The notes under the pieces are model-generated. The model was not told where the DNA came from. It searched no databases and saw only the letters and a program-made list of their open reading frames with translations. From NCBI GenBank assembly GCA_016618085.1, contig JABLTG010000019.1, positions 62,001 through 126,000 on the forward strand: a stretch of 64,000 nt of DNA. The letters are read 5' to 3'. Source of the stretch: Neovahlkampfia damariscottae (lineage: Eukaryota). Below are positions 24,127 through 35,104 of the stretch, one piece after another (positions within the stretch are counted from its first letter, which is position 1; each line of letters starts with the position of its first letter). A program made the position numbers and the translations under genes.

Positions 24127-24191
24127 TAAAAATTCTCCGTTATTCCACCAATTAGCTCATTGGAAAAACTGTTTCGAATACAAACTGTGTT

Positions 24192-26035
24192 ATGTCCAAC
24201 GACTCAAAAAATTTCTTTTCTCTTTTTGAAAAGAATAAGTTTGAGAACCCTTTGAATGAAATTACACTCAGAAAACCACTTTATCTCAAATTACTTCAGC
24301 CCAGTTGGTTCAAAACATTAGTAGCTGTTTTACTATCCATAGGTTTGACTACTGGAATAAATTACTTGTATAAAAACTACTTGAAACCAATATATGAATA
24401 TAAAAATCAAGAAAAAGAAAAAAATGAAATGATTGAAAAACAAAAAGAGAAAATACAAAATTTAGAAAAAGAAACACAAAAACTGGCTCAACTGGTGGAT
24501 GATTTATCCAAAAATCTTGAAAAAACAAAAAGTGAAATGAATGAATCTTTTAAAATCTCACAAGAAACAAAACCAAATTTGACAGAAAATATGACTTTAA
24601 AGGCTGAAGTAAAGTTGTTAAAAAAAAATTAATTTTTTTTTAAAAGTTGGCTGAGATTAAAGGTTTGATTTTAGGTGGAAATAATGCAAAAACAACAATT
24701 ATAGAATCATCTTCAAGGATGAATTCCTCAAGATTTGAAGAAGAAAAATATTATCAAAGAATGAATTCACCAATGTATCATCAAAGACAAGAACAAAATG
24801 ATGGATTTTATGGTCAAGATAAAAACGAAAGAAATGAAGTTCAAAGAAAATCCAACGTACAAGTGGAACATTTAACATCTCCAAAAAATCAAAAAGTACA
24901 AGAACCTAATGTCTCACCAATTTTGAAGAATAATAATGATGTTGTATTGAACCGTGCTGATTCATTTGATGATCTTTTTAATGCTGCTATGGATAATAAA
25001 TCCAAAAATCCATTTTTATCACAAAAAGAAGTTGAAGAACTTGAAGAATCTCTGAAGAAACCACAAAGATATTATTATGATGAAGAAGAAGATGACGTGA
25101 AAGAAATTGAAGAAAAATCAAAAACTGATGAAAAAGAAAATTCACCAAAAAAAACAGAAGAAATTACAAATAAAAAAAGTGAAGAAAAACAAAAAGAAAA
25201 TAACTCAAAAGAGTTGGAGAATACTTATTCAAATTATCTTGATTCACAACTTAAGAATTTAACAAGTTCCATTAAACCTTTTTCTGAAGAAGAAAAAGAA
25301 GAAAATAAAGAAACAGAAGAAGAAGAAGATGAAAAAGATCAAGAATTAGAATTTGATGAATCATTGAAACAACTTCAAGAAAATGCAGATCCAAAACTAA
25401 AAAATTCAAAATTATTTGATTTTTTTTCCAAGTTCTCAAATGAAGAGGAAAACAATAGTACAGCTACATTTGATGAAATATATGGTTCAGATAATAAAAA
25501 AATCATTGATAACACTCAAACAGTTTCAAATGAAGAAACAAAACAAGAAGAAGAAAAATTAAAAAACAAACAAGACTTGTATGAACAATTTGAAAAGTAT
25601 GACTTTGAAAAAGATCAAAAATATCAAGATTTATTGGATTTCACTGTTAAAAAAGGTACTTTTGATAATATGGATGAAGAAACATTGAACAAAGGAAAGT
25701 TAAAGTTAAAAGGGAAATATTTCAAAAAGAACTTTGATAAAAGTGGAAATTTCTCAATAGATGAATATTTAGAAACTAAAAAAGATAAAAAAGAACCTGA
25801 AGAATCAATTGAAGAAATCGATGCAGCACCTTACTCAGAATCTTATATTGACATTATAAACAAAATTCAAAATGGTGAAGAATTACAAGTGAAACAAATT
25901 GATGATAAACCAAAGAATAGTAAACCTAAATTATCAAAATCAAAGTTAAAAAAAAAAATTAAACCTTGGGAAAAAGTGAAACAAAAAGTAGAAAAAGTAG
26001 AAGAAACAGAAGAAGAAGAAGAAAAAAAAGAATAA
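24192..26035 (+). CDS. PEX14-like membrane/coiled-coil protein fused to a PEX39-like C-terminal region with a KPWE motif, 1 intron
   Basis: SW..L..TM..LYKNYLKP, coiled coil and LKAE|LAEIKGLIL resemble Pex14; YEQFEKYDFEKDQKYQ, APYSESYIDIINKIQNGE..IDDKP and KIKPWE resemble the DUF5572 / HTH / KPWE modules; intron 24609-24646. Confidence 0.7.
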
Positions 26036-26040
26036 GGTAT

Positions 26041-26836
26041 TTATTCAAAATATTTAAAGTATGAATCAACTGATGATAATTTTGTTTTTGTTTGACTCAA
26101 AGCTAATGAAGTAAACTCATTTGTTAAAACACCAAAAAATATATTCTAAAAATGTCAACAAAATTTCTTTTTTTTACTTTAATTCTGTTGAATTTAGATA
26201 TTAAATTAACCCTTACTTTACATCTAATTTTATTATTTTATCCATTTCAATATTTTCCTGTGTGAAAAAAAAAATTAAAAAAAAATTGTATTTTTCTTTT
26301 ACTTGTTCCATAAATTTTCTATACGCAAATGTCATAATATCACATAACGAAAGAGTTACCTGATAATAATCCAAAGCACATGGAATATTTGGTATTTTTA
26401 AATATTGATAGACAATAGTTCCTCCAACCTTATTTAAAGTTGGACCAGCATCAACTAATGAAGAAGTGAATGCCTTCAACATTTTAATTCCTTGAACAGC
26501 AAAATTTGAATAATGATATTCATATTCTTCCATAAGTTGACTGAAAGAATGTATAAAATTTCTTCCATCACAAACGAGTAAAGGTGAGATGCTCAAACCC
26601 AAACTTAACCATTGTTCTATTCTTTTTTGAATTGTTTCTGAGTTATTATCAATTTGGAATTTTATTTTTGAAATATTCATCCAGTGTTCATCTCCTGTTA
26701 ATGTATTTTTTAAATAAGTTATGTTTTCAACTCTTCTTGTAACTAAGTTTTCTAAAATATCTGAATAATTAGTGGTCAGTGGTATTGGAGAAATTTGATT
26801 ATCAACGATCACTGCATCATCAATCCATGAAGACAT
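26041..26836 (-). CDS. Hypothetical protein, 3 introns and a 7-nt microexon
   Basis: Frame ...AYRKFMEQ|ENIE..LDVK|IK|NIFFGVL...FE* is restored with three GT-AG introns. Confidence 0.7.
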
Positions 26837-27014
26837 TTTGTTTATCCAATGAAGTAAGTATAATTCTAAACAAAAACTAATCTTCAAACTTAGGAGATAT
26901 GGAAATTTCAGTAAAAAATAAATCAAAAAAAATAAATCAAAAAAAATAAAAAATCATTTGTTGAGAATTAACCAATCGTTATCCATTATTGAAAGTGAAT
27001 TGGAAAAAAAAAAC

Positions 27015-27557
27015 ATGGACAAAAAATTCATTCAAAAACAAATAAATAACTTGACAAAAAGAGCTTTTTCAAATGTCCAAGGAAATTTCCGTAGAGTTCA
27101 AATGTTAAATTTTATAAAACAAAACACAACAAGATCACAAAACCGAGTTAGAGTAATTGATGCAAGTCAAAGATCACCAGTTTATGAAAGTCCATATGAA
27201 GGACCAAGAGAAATTAAAAAACTCAAAAGTGTAAAAAAAAAAAAAACTTTTTAATTCTTCTTTTGCTTCTAGACAACATCACCTTTAGATTTTTTATATG
27301 TGACTGATGATTATCAAAAAGAATGGATAGTTGATATTGATCAACCTCATAGAACAACAGGAGACATATTTCTTGAATTCATCTATTTATTAGGTATTTT
27401 GTTCTTTGGTTTATACACTTATATTCATTTATTTTCAAGTCCAGCATGGATACATCCAATGGCTAGAACTAACGTATCAAAAGATGAATTAAAAAAAGCG
27501 GATGAAAAAATACAAGAAAGAAAAGAAAATATGAAAAAATATGAAATTGATTATTGA
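27015..27557 (+). CDS. Hypothetical single-pass protein, likely mitochondrial inner membrane, 1 intron
   Basis: Basic presequence-like N-terminus (KRAFS), intron 27231-27272, one TM helix. Confidence 0.6.
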
Positions 27558-28330
27558 TTATTATAAAGTTCTTGAGTTGTTGGAATTGTATATATTTTAT
27601 CTTTTTCCAATTTTGAGACGAATTTCCAATCATCTAATTTGTCTAAAATATTTTTTTCAAACACAAGAAATTCTTCAAATTCTGCTATTTTTCCATTTAA
27701 ACTTTGTTTTGATTTAAGTTGAACTGTTACTTGAGAGATGTATTTTTTTAATTCTTCAAGTTTGATGACGGAAATATGAAAAACTTTTGCTTCGTCTATT
27801 GATTCTAACTTCCACTCTTTTGGTTTGAAATTTTTTGATTTTACGAGTTTTTTCTTTTCTGTAAATCCATGAAGAGTACATACTCTTTTTAGTCTAAGTG
27901 AAAAATAAATTTTTTTTTTTTTTTTTACTTTGTCAAATCTCCTGAATAAAAATGTTTTTGAACATTTTGATAAATTGGAACTGCAATTTCTTTTGGAAAT
28001 TTTGTATATTTAAAATTAGCTGCTGAATTTGATCTCAAAATAAAAAAGTTTTTAAATTTTGTGAAAGAATTTGTAAATTTCGTTTTTCTGTTGGAAAATT
28101 TAAACAAATAAGAATTATTACAAGAATTTAAAATATTCAGATGAAAAAATAGAAGGTGTAGTTGTAGCTGGAAGGTATGGATCCATAACAGTACCCAAAT
28201 TAAAAATTCTCTGTTTTTTTAAATCCTTTTGGTCCATTTGCATTTTTTGTTTTTTATTCATTTGAGAAGAAAATCTTATTTGATTTCTAATTAATTTACC
28301 GATAGGTTTAATTTGAAAAATTGAATTCAT
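27551..28330 (-). CDS. Tim44-like domain mitochondrial protein (mL45/Mba1-like), 2 introns
   Basis: Presequence (IRNQIRFS); ISQVTVQLKSKQ...EEFLVFEKNI..DWKFVSKL is typical of the Tim44-like C-terminal fold. Confidence 0.65.
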
Positions 28331-28909
28331 CAACCTTGTTAAACTTCAACGATTTTCAGCAAGAAAAATTAAACCAATGAAATCGATACAGCTAATCAAA
28401 CAAAATAGAAAAGGAACAAACAACTTTTTCATGTTATACCTTTTTTAATTAGTCTTTAATCTTCTGATATGCAAATTGGTCTTTTTCATTTCACAAATAT
28501 TTTTTCTGGAATTGATTTTTACACTTTTGTTGTTTCAAATCAAGATTATAAAATACACAAAACTTCTGTTTTCGATATGAGTTTTGGAATGTTATTGTAC
28601 TCCAATTGACAATTCAAATTCATTTCATCTAGCATTTTATTGTTGGAAATTAATGAATAAAATGATTCAAGAGGAATAGTAGTATATCCTTTTCTAAGGG
28701 GTTTTAATATCGTTAATCGTCATTATTTCTTATTTTGCTCTATTTATTTGATGTTAATTTCAATAATATTCAATAAATTATTTGATCAAAGAAAATTGAA
28801 TTACCATTTGATAAAAAAATTAAAATTGTAAATATGTTTTAAAATATGAAATCAATTCTCTTTGTTTTTAAACAATTCATATTTTCATCCAATCATCTTC
28901 CACCAAACA

Positions 28910-31672
28910 ATGAAAAGAAAATTAGAAGAGGAAGAAGAGAACTTTCAAAAAAAATTAAAAACAACTTTTCAATTTGAAGGTCAAGTCAATCGTTTAGAAA
29001 ATGAAGAAGAACATGAAATAAAATTAATACTTAATTATTTCTTGGAGTATAATTTTGAATTTACAGAATTTGAAGCTGAAATACTAGAAGGCAGAATAAA
29101 ACCAATTTTAAATCATAAAAATGAGTATATACAAATATTAGCCTTGAAATTAATGGGTAAAATTTATTTAATACTCGAACCAAATTTTGATTTGTTAATG
29201 GAAAAATTAACAACAAATTTGACGATTCAAGCACTTGAAATATTGATTTATTTAATCAATGAACACTCAAAAACACCATCAAAACAACAAAAAGAAGAAC
29301 TTTTTAATTTACTAAAAGAGTTTTTATTTAATTGGGATCAACAAATTAGAAAGAGTAGTTTAGAGTTACTCGCTTATATTTCAATTGAAGATTTAAATCA
29401 AGAAGAAATTTCAATTATTCTTTTGCAATCGTAATTTGTTTTTTGAATTTATTTTTTTTTTCTCAAGTATTGATGATAGAGATCCAAGAGTCAGAGAATC
29501 TGCTTTAAAAGGTTTATATTACTTATATTCAAATAAACTTCGGTTAAAAGAAAATTTCTTAACGAAAATTATGGATGTTTCCACGACAGATGATTGGTAA
29601 ATAAAATTCCAGAAATTATTAAATTTTTTAAAAGGGTAAAAACGAAATTATTTACTAATTCTATTCGAAGGAAAATGTCAAAATTCAAGGATTAGAACTT
29701 TTATGGTAAAGATTTAAATTTTTAAATTTTTTTTTTCACAGTTTAATTTCAAACTTGAATTCAAGTTTCATTTTTAAAAATCAAAAATTGGTGGATGTTA
29801 TATTCTCCAATAGTTGTATTTTAATCAGAGATGTTTCATTTAAAGTCAGGACCAAAGCCTGCACTATTTTGGGAGATTTAGAAGAAATTAGCCAAAATTT
29901 ATTATTCGAAGCTTTTCAAAAGATGACATTAGTTTCAAATGAAGAATCACAGGAAGGAGATGAAAAAACAATCAAAAATGAATTAATACTTGAAAAGAAT
30001 ATCATTGGTTCATTTTTACTGGGATTAGAAGATGAATTTTCACTTGTCAGAATTGCGATGATTTCTTCCATTTCAAAAATTTGTAAAAAGTCAACTGATT
30101 TATTTTCGATTGGAATACATTTTATCATGGATATGTTTTCCGATGAAATTGATGAAGTTAGAAAATTCGCTATTGATTCTGTGTGTATTATTGGTGAAAT
30201 TTATAAAATTTCAAAAGAAGAATTAGAAACTTCAATGAGTATTTTAAAAGATTTTTCACCTTATATTCGACATTCAATTCATCACTTATTTAGTTTCATC
30301 ATTGTACCGAATATTGAATGTCTTTCAATTTTGATTGGTGAATTATTTTCAAATTTATTGAGATATCCACAAGACAAGTTTAATATTTTTAAAAGTTTGA
30401 AGAATTTAGGTCAAAAACATTCAGATATGGCTGAATTTCTCATTGAAAAAATTTTAAATTTGAATCAATTTTTAATCAATCCTGAACCAATGATTGATGA
30501 TTTGTGTAAGAAAAAATTAAAATTCAAAATTCTAAAAAGATGTTTCAAAATTAATATTTTTATTTAATTCTTCTGAAAAAAATCAAAAAATCATAAATTT
30601 ATTACCAAACTTTTGTTTGAATCACTTTGAATTTTTAAAAAATCAAATGCCAAATTTATTCCCAAATTTTTCACTTTTTAACTTAAAAAACATGAAATTA
30701 TTAAAATCAACACAAATAAAACAAGATGAAAATTTGGAAATTGAATATTTTAAAAATCTAAAAGAGAATTTTACACTCTTTTCAAAATTGATAAAACCAT
30801 TTCAATTCTTCACAAAAAAGATACCAACAACAACAATGCCATTAAAAAATATTAAAGAAATGATTTCAAGAATAACAAAAGAATTACATTTAAATCTAAA
30901 TCAAAATTTCAAAATACAATTATTCAAGTATTTATTTGAATTGTTGAATCTATTTTTAGATTTAATTCAATTTAAAAAAGTATCAAAAAAGATATTAAAT
31001 TTAACATTTGAAATTGAAATTAAATTTAAATTGAATCCTGAAATTTTATCATTTTTTCAAATTTTAAGATTTATATCTTTAATGTTCAATCATTATCCAA
31101 ATATTCAACAAGAAATGTTGAGAAAGAATTTTCAAAAAATTAAAAAATTTAGAAGAGAAAATCAATTGAATGAATTATCAAATGATTTAAAATTATTTAC
31201 TTTTGATGAATTGAATCAATTTTTAAAAGAATTTAATTTTGATTTTATTTTTGACTCTGTTGATCATTTTGAACAAGATGATGTAAATTTTGAAAAATTA
31301 GATTGTAAAATTATTACCCAATCAAATTTACAACCAATCATTTATCATTCATTTATACCATATAAATTATCAATTGATGCAATTATACAACATTTAAATG
31401 TTGATAAAAAGTCGTTAAGAATTTTAGTAAAATTTACAGATAATACAAGAAATTTTTATCCAATAGAATTTCAAGATGATTTTTTAAATGGTGAATTTAA
31501 TTTAAATTTAGAATCATCTTGGAATTCACCTGCACATTTGACAATTTCAATTGTTTCTATTTTATCAAAAGAAAATGAAATTTTTGAAGATTTTGAAGTT
31601 CTAAATGACCTCAATTTTGTAACAATCTCAGAAGAAGATTTAAAAATTTTAATCCATCCCATTTCAAATTAA
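28910..31672 (+). CDS. INTS4: Integrator complex subunit 4 (HEAT repeats), 5 introns and a 1-nt exon
   Basis: DRDPRVRESAL, GSFLLGLEDEFSLVRIA and IMDMFSDEIDEVR match INTS4 motifs; all segments join in frame through short introns. Confidence 0.85.
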
Positions 31673-31742
31673 AAATTCTATTCATTTTTATTGGTCTATT
31701 TTTTTTTTTCACTTTTTGTTGAAGTTGACAAGTTGGTGTAAA

Positions 31743-32758
31743 ATGTTAAAAAGAGTCATTCGTAAAGAACAATTGAATTTGATAAAGAACCAAAAAAATT
31801 TTTATGCAAAAAAGAAAAAAAGAGTTTCAACAAGTAGATTCGTACCTATGGATGAAATTGGAAAAGACGTTCAAAATGAATATTTAAAAAGTTATCCAAA
31901 AGAACATCTTCCACAACCTACAATTTATGATGGACCTGAAATTTTAAAAGTTTCTTATATTTTAGACAGAAATCCAATTTGTACTCATTCTGAACATCCT
32001 TTGGAAGTCGAAATGGGAAATGAACAACAAAAAGAAAAAAGTTATTATTCAAGAAATAAATATCATCATTTTGAAGATTATTTCGAAGCTTGGAAATCAG
32101 AAAAAGATAAACTTGAAAAAGTAAAAAAAAAAAAAAACAAAATTTTAAAACTTTAAAGAAACTTAATAAAAAAAAAAAGAAAAATCAAGACTTTTCTGGT
32201 GAATTTGCTTCTATTAAAGTACCTGATCCAAAATATTCAGAAAAAGAAAAAGTTGAAATTTTCAGATTATTAGGTAAAAAAGAAGGTTCAAAAACAGCTA
32301 CTGAACTTTTAAAAAAATTTAATCCAATGCCAAGATATACATTAGATGATTTAGAAGATAATAGACATAGTTTAAATCGAAAATTAATGAATAACTTATA
32401 TCTCATTGTAAAAGATAAAGTTTCAAAAAAATGGAAATTTCCAGAAACTATTAGAAAAAATCCAGAAACATTAAGATTGGCAATTGAAAACAAATTATTA
32501 CATGATTTTAATGAAAAAGTATATGGTAAATTTCTTGCTCATCATCCATTATGCCACTTAGAACTTTCAAAAGATGAAAAAGTTTTCTTCTATCATTCCA
32601 TTTATATTCAAGGAAAAATTACTTCTGAAGATGTCAAAAAGAATTATTTGGATTATCAATGGATTACAAGACAAGAAATTTTTGATTATGAATTTGAATA
32701 TGAAAATGGAAAACAGATGTTTTTTGATATTTTAGACGACGGATTTGAACTTTTTTAA
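31743..32758 (+). CDS. MRPL46: Mitochondrial ribosomal protein mL46, 1 intron
   Basis: PRYT..D...RHSLNRKL..LYLIVK..WKFP..ETLR, KVFFY, DYQWIT..E. Confidence 0.85.
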
Positions 32759-32762
32759 ATAA

Positions 32763-33596
32763 TTAATTTTTAATTTTTAAAATATATCCACGATTTCTAA
32801 TAAGTGTTTGACAAACAATAGCAGTTGAATATCGAACAAACCATTCACAATTTTGAAAAGATTCGAATTTCTTTTGAAATGTTGTTTGTAATTCTTTGGT
32901 AATGGAAACGTCTTTTTCGGGACCTGCAATCATTCTAATTTCATTAGATTCACATAATTCAACTAATTTTTCATCTAAAGATTCATTTTTCTGTTTTTAT
33001 TTAAAAAAAAAAAAAAGATTACCCTAAACGAGATTTGAACTCCGAACGGTTTAATTTTGCAAAATTGTAATAATTCTTTTAATTCTTCAAATTGAAAATT
33101 AGAAATTCCAATTTTTGAAACTTGACCTTCTTCTCTTAATTTTTCAAATTCCTAAAAGTTTTTTAATTTTTTTTTTTTTTCATCTTTTACTTGCCAAATT
33201 TCTTTCCATTTTTTATTTTTTGTTGAGATATTTAAGAAACATTCACAAATACATTTGATTTTTAAACCTTCATGAACTTTTGAAACAGCTTCTCTTAAAT
33301 GTTCACAAGTTGCATTTTCATCAAGAAAAAGAATAGTTTGAACACAAAAGCATTTATGACATTTTCTAATAGCATTCATTTTTGAAAGTACTCTAATTTT
33401 TTAAACTATTTTTTTTTCTACTGATCTTCTTCCACTATTCCTTCCCAGTTATTTAAATCTAGAGTCTCTTGAATAGAATGTTGGAACTAATCAAGTAGTT
33501 AGAAGGATTTATCAACTAAATTACTTCATCTTGAATATTTTTTTGTGGTTCTAAATATCTGAGTAAATTTCCAGTGTAAATGATTTCACAGCTCAT
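32763..33596 (-). CDS. GCLM: Glutamate-cysteine ligase modifier subunit (AKR fold), 4 introns
   Basis: N-terminal IYTGNLL; WQ|EFEKLREEGQVSKIGISNF..LKELL..CKIKP; C-terminal WFVRYS..V..LIRNRGYIL. Confidence 0.8.
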
Positions 33597-33745
33597 AAAA
33601 AAAAAATTTGTTGGTAGATGAAATTCTTAGTTTTGATTTGTTAATTTTTTTAAAATCAAAAAAATCATTTTTTGATCTTTAAATTAAATAAATTTTAGTT
33701 GTTTTTTTTTAAAAGAAATGATGCAATTTTATTGGCGAATTAGAA

Positions 33746-33982
33746 ATGGTTTTTCAAAATTATGTAACTGCACATGTTGTGAATAATTTTTAACTTTTTT
33801 AGAATAACTGGAGAAATCATCCAAAAATTAATGCTCTCACAAGCCTTAAAGACTTAAAATATGTATGGCCAGGTTTTGGTTGGGGTTTGGCTGCAATTGG
33901 AATTTATATCACTTGCGAACAACTTGGAATCATAAAAAAGAAATCTCATGGAAAACATGATCATCATGACTCACATCATTAA
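33746..33982 (+). CDS. NDUFB3: Complex I subunit NDUFB3 (B12), 1 coding intron (absent from the ORF track)
   Basis: NNWRNHP...VWPGFGWGLAAIGIY..E...His-rich tail; intron 33764-33802. Confidence 0.8.
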
Positions 33983-34190
33983 GGTATTTTTTTTATTTTT
34001 CTTAAATTTTTAAAAGGAAATAAAATTTAATTTTGACTGAAAATTACATGTTTTGAAGACTTTGTCAGTGTGCTAAACCATTGAAAATCAATTTTTTTTT
34101 ATTTTTTTTCAACTTTTTGACGGAAAAATAGTTCTTTGAAAACTGGAATTTTTTTGAAGATAAATCAAACCAATAAACGCAATTTAGAAA

Positions 34191-35104
34191 ATGGAAGAAA
34201 AAAAAATAATGACAAGAAGAATGAACAAAGTATTTGAATTAAAGAATATATATATCTCTGAATCATTTAAAGAAGATGAAAGACATGAATTATACCAGAA
34301 AGCGATCAACTTGGGTGCGAAAATATTTTTTATTTATTTTTCGAGGTTGTTTGATTTCAGATACATATTATGATGATTCTATTACTCATGTTGTATTAAA
34401 TCTAGTTCAAGAAAATGAATATAAAATGATAGAATCATTGTCTACTTCAACTTTTGTCGTAATTTTTAATTTATAAATTTTAGGTTTCAAAATGGATTGA
34501 AGATTGTCATAAAGTTGGTAAATGGATTCAAGAATCTCCTTATATAAACGAAACTGCTTCAAAATTTAAATTTACAAAAAACAAAAAAAAATCAAAAAGA
34601 GAAAGGAAACAAGTAATTGAATCAAGTAAGAAACCAGAAAAACCAAAGAATGTAAAAAGAATAAATGAAAATTTGAATCCAAATGTTCCAAAATCAACAA
34701 CAGAACCAAAGAAAAAATTAAAAACAGCAAAAAAACAAGAAATCAATTTAGAAACACCAAAAAAGAGAGGAAGACCAACAATTTCAAACACAAAAGAAAA
34801 GAATTCAAAAAAATGTAATGTTGAAGATGTTTTTGAATTAAATGAACAATCACCAACAAAAGTGAAAAAGAAATGTGTTCACCAAGAAATTGATTCAATA
34901 CAAGAAGAAGAAGAATTTAATTCAAAACAATTTGAAGAATTCTTCAAAAGAATATTTTCACAAAATGAAGATGATCAAATTTACATGAAAAATGAATTAG
35001 AATCACAAGTTGAAATATTAAATTCAATTCAACAATTATTATTCAAAGAAGAAGAAGAAGAAGATTTAATAATCAAATTAAACAAATCAATTAAACTTTT
35101 ATAA
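34191..35104 (+). CDS. BRCT-domain protein, 2 introns
   Basis: IYISESF..LG|GC..ITHVV..VSKWIEDCHK..W.ESPY BRCT signature, then a basic low-complexity region. Confidence 0.8.
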
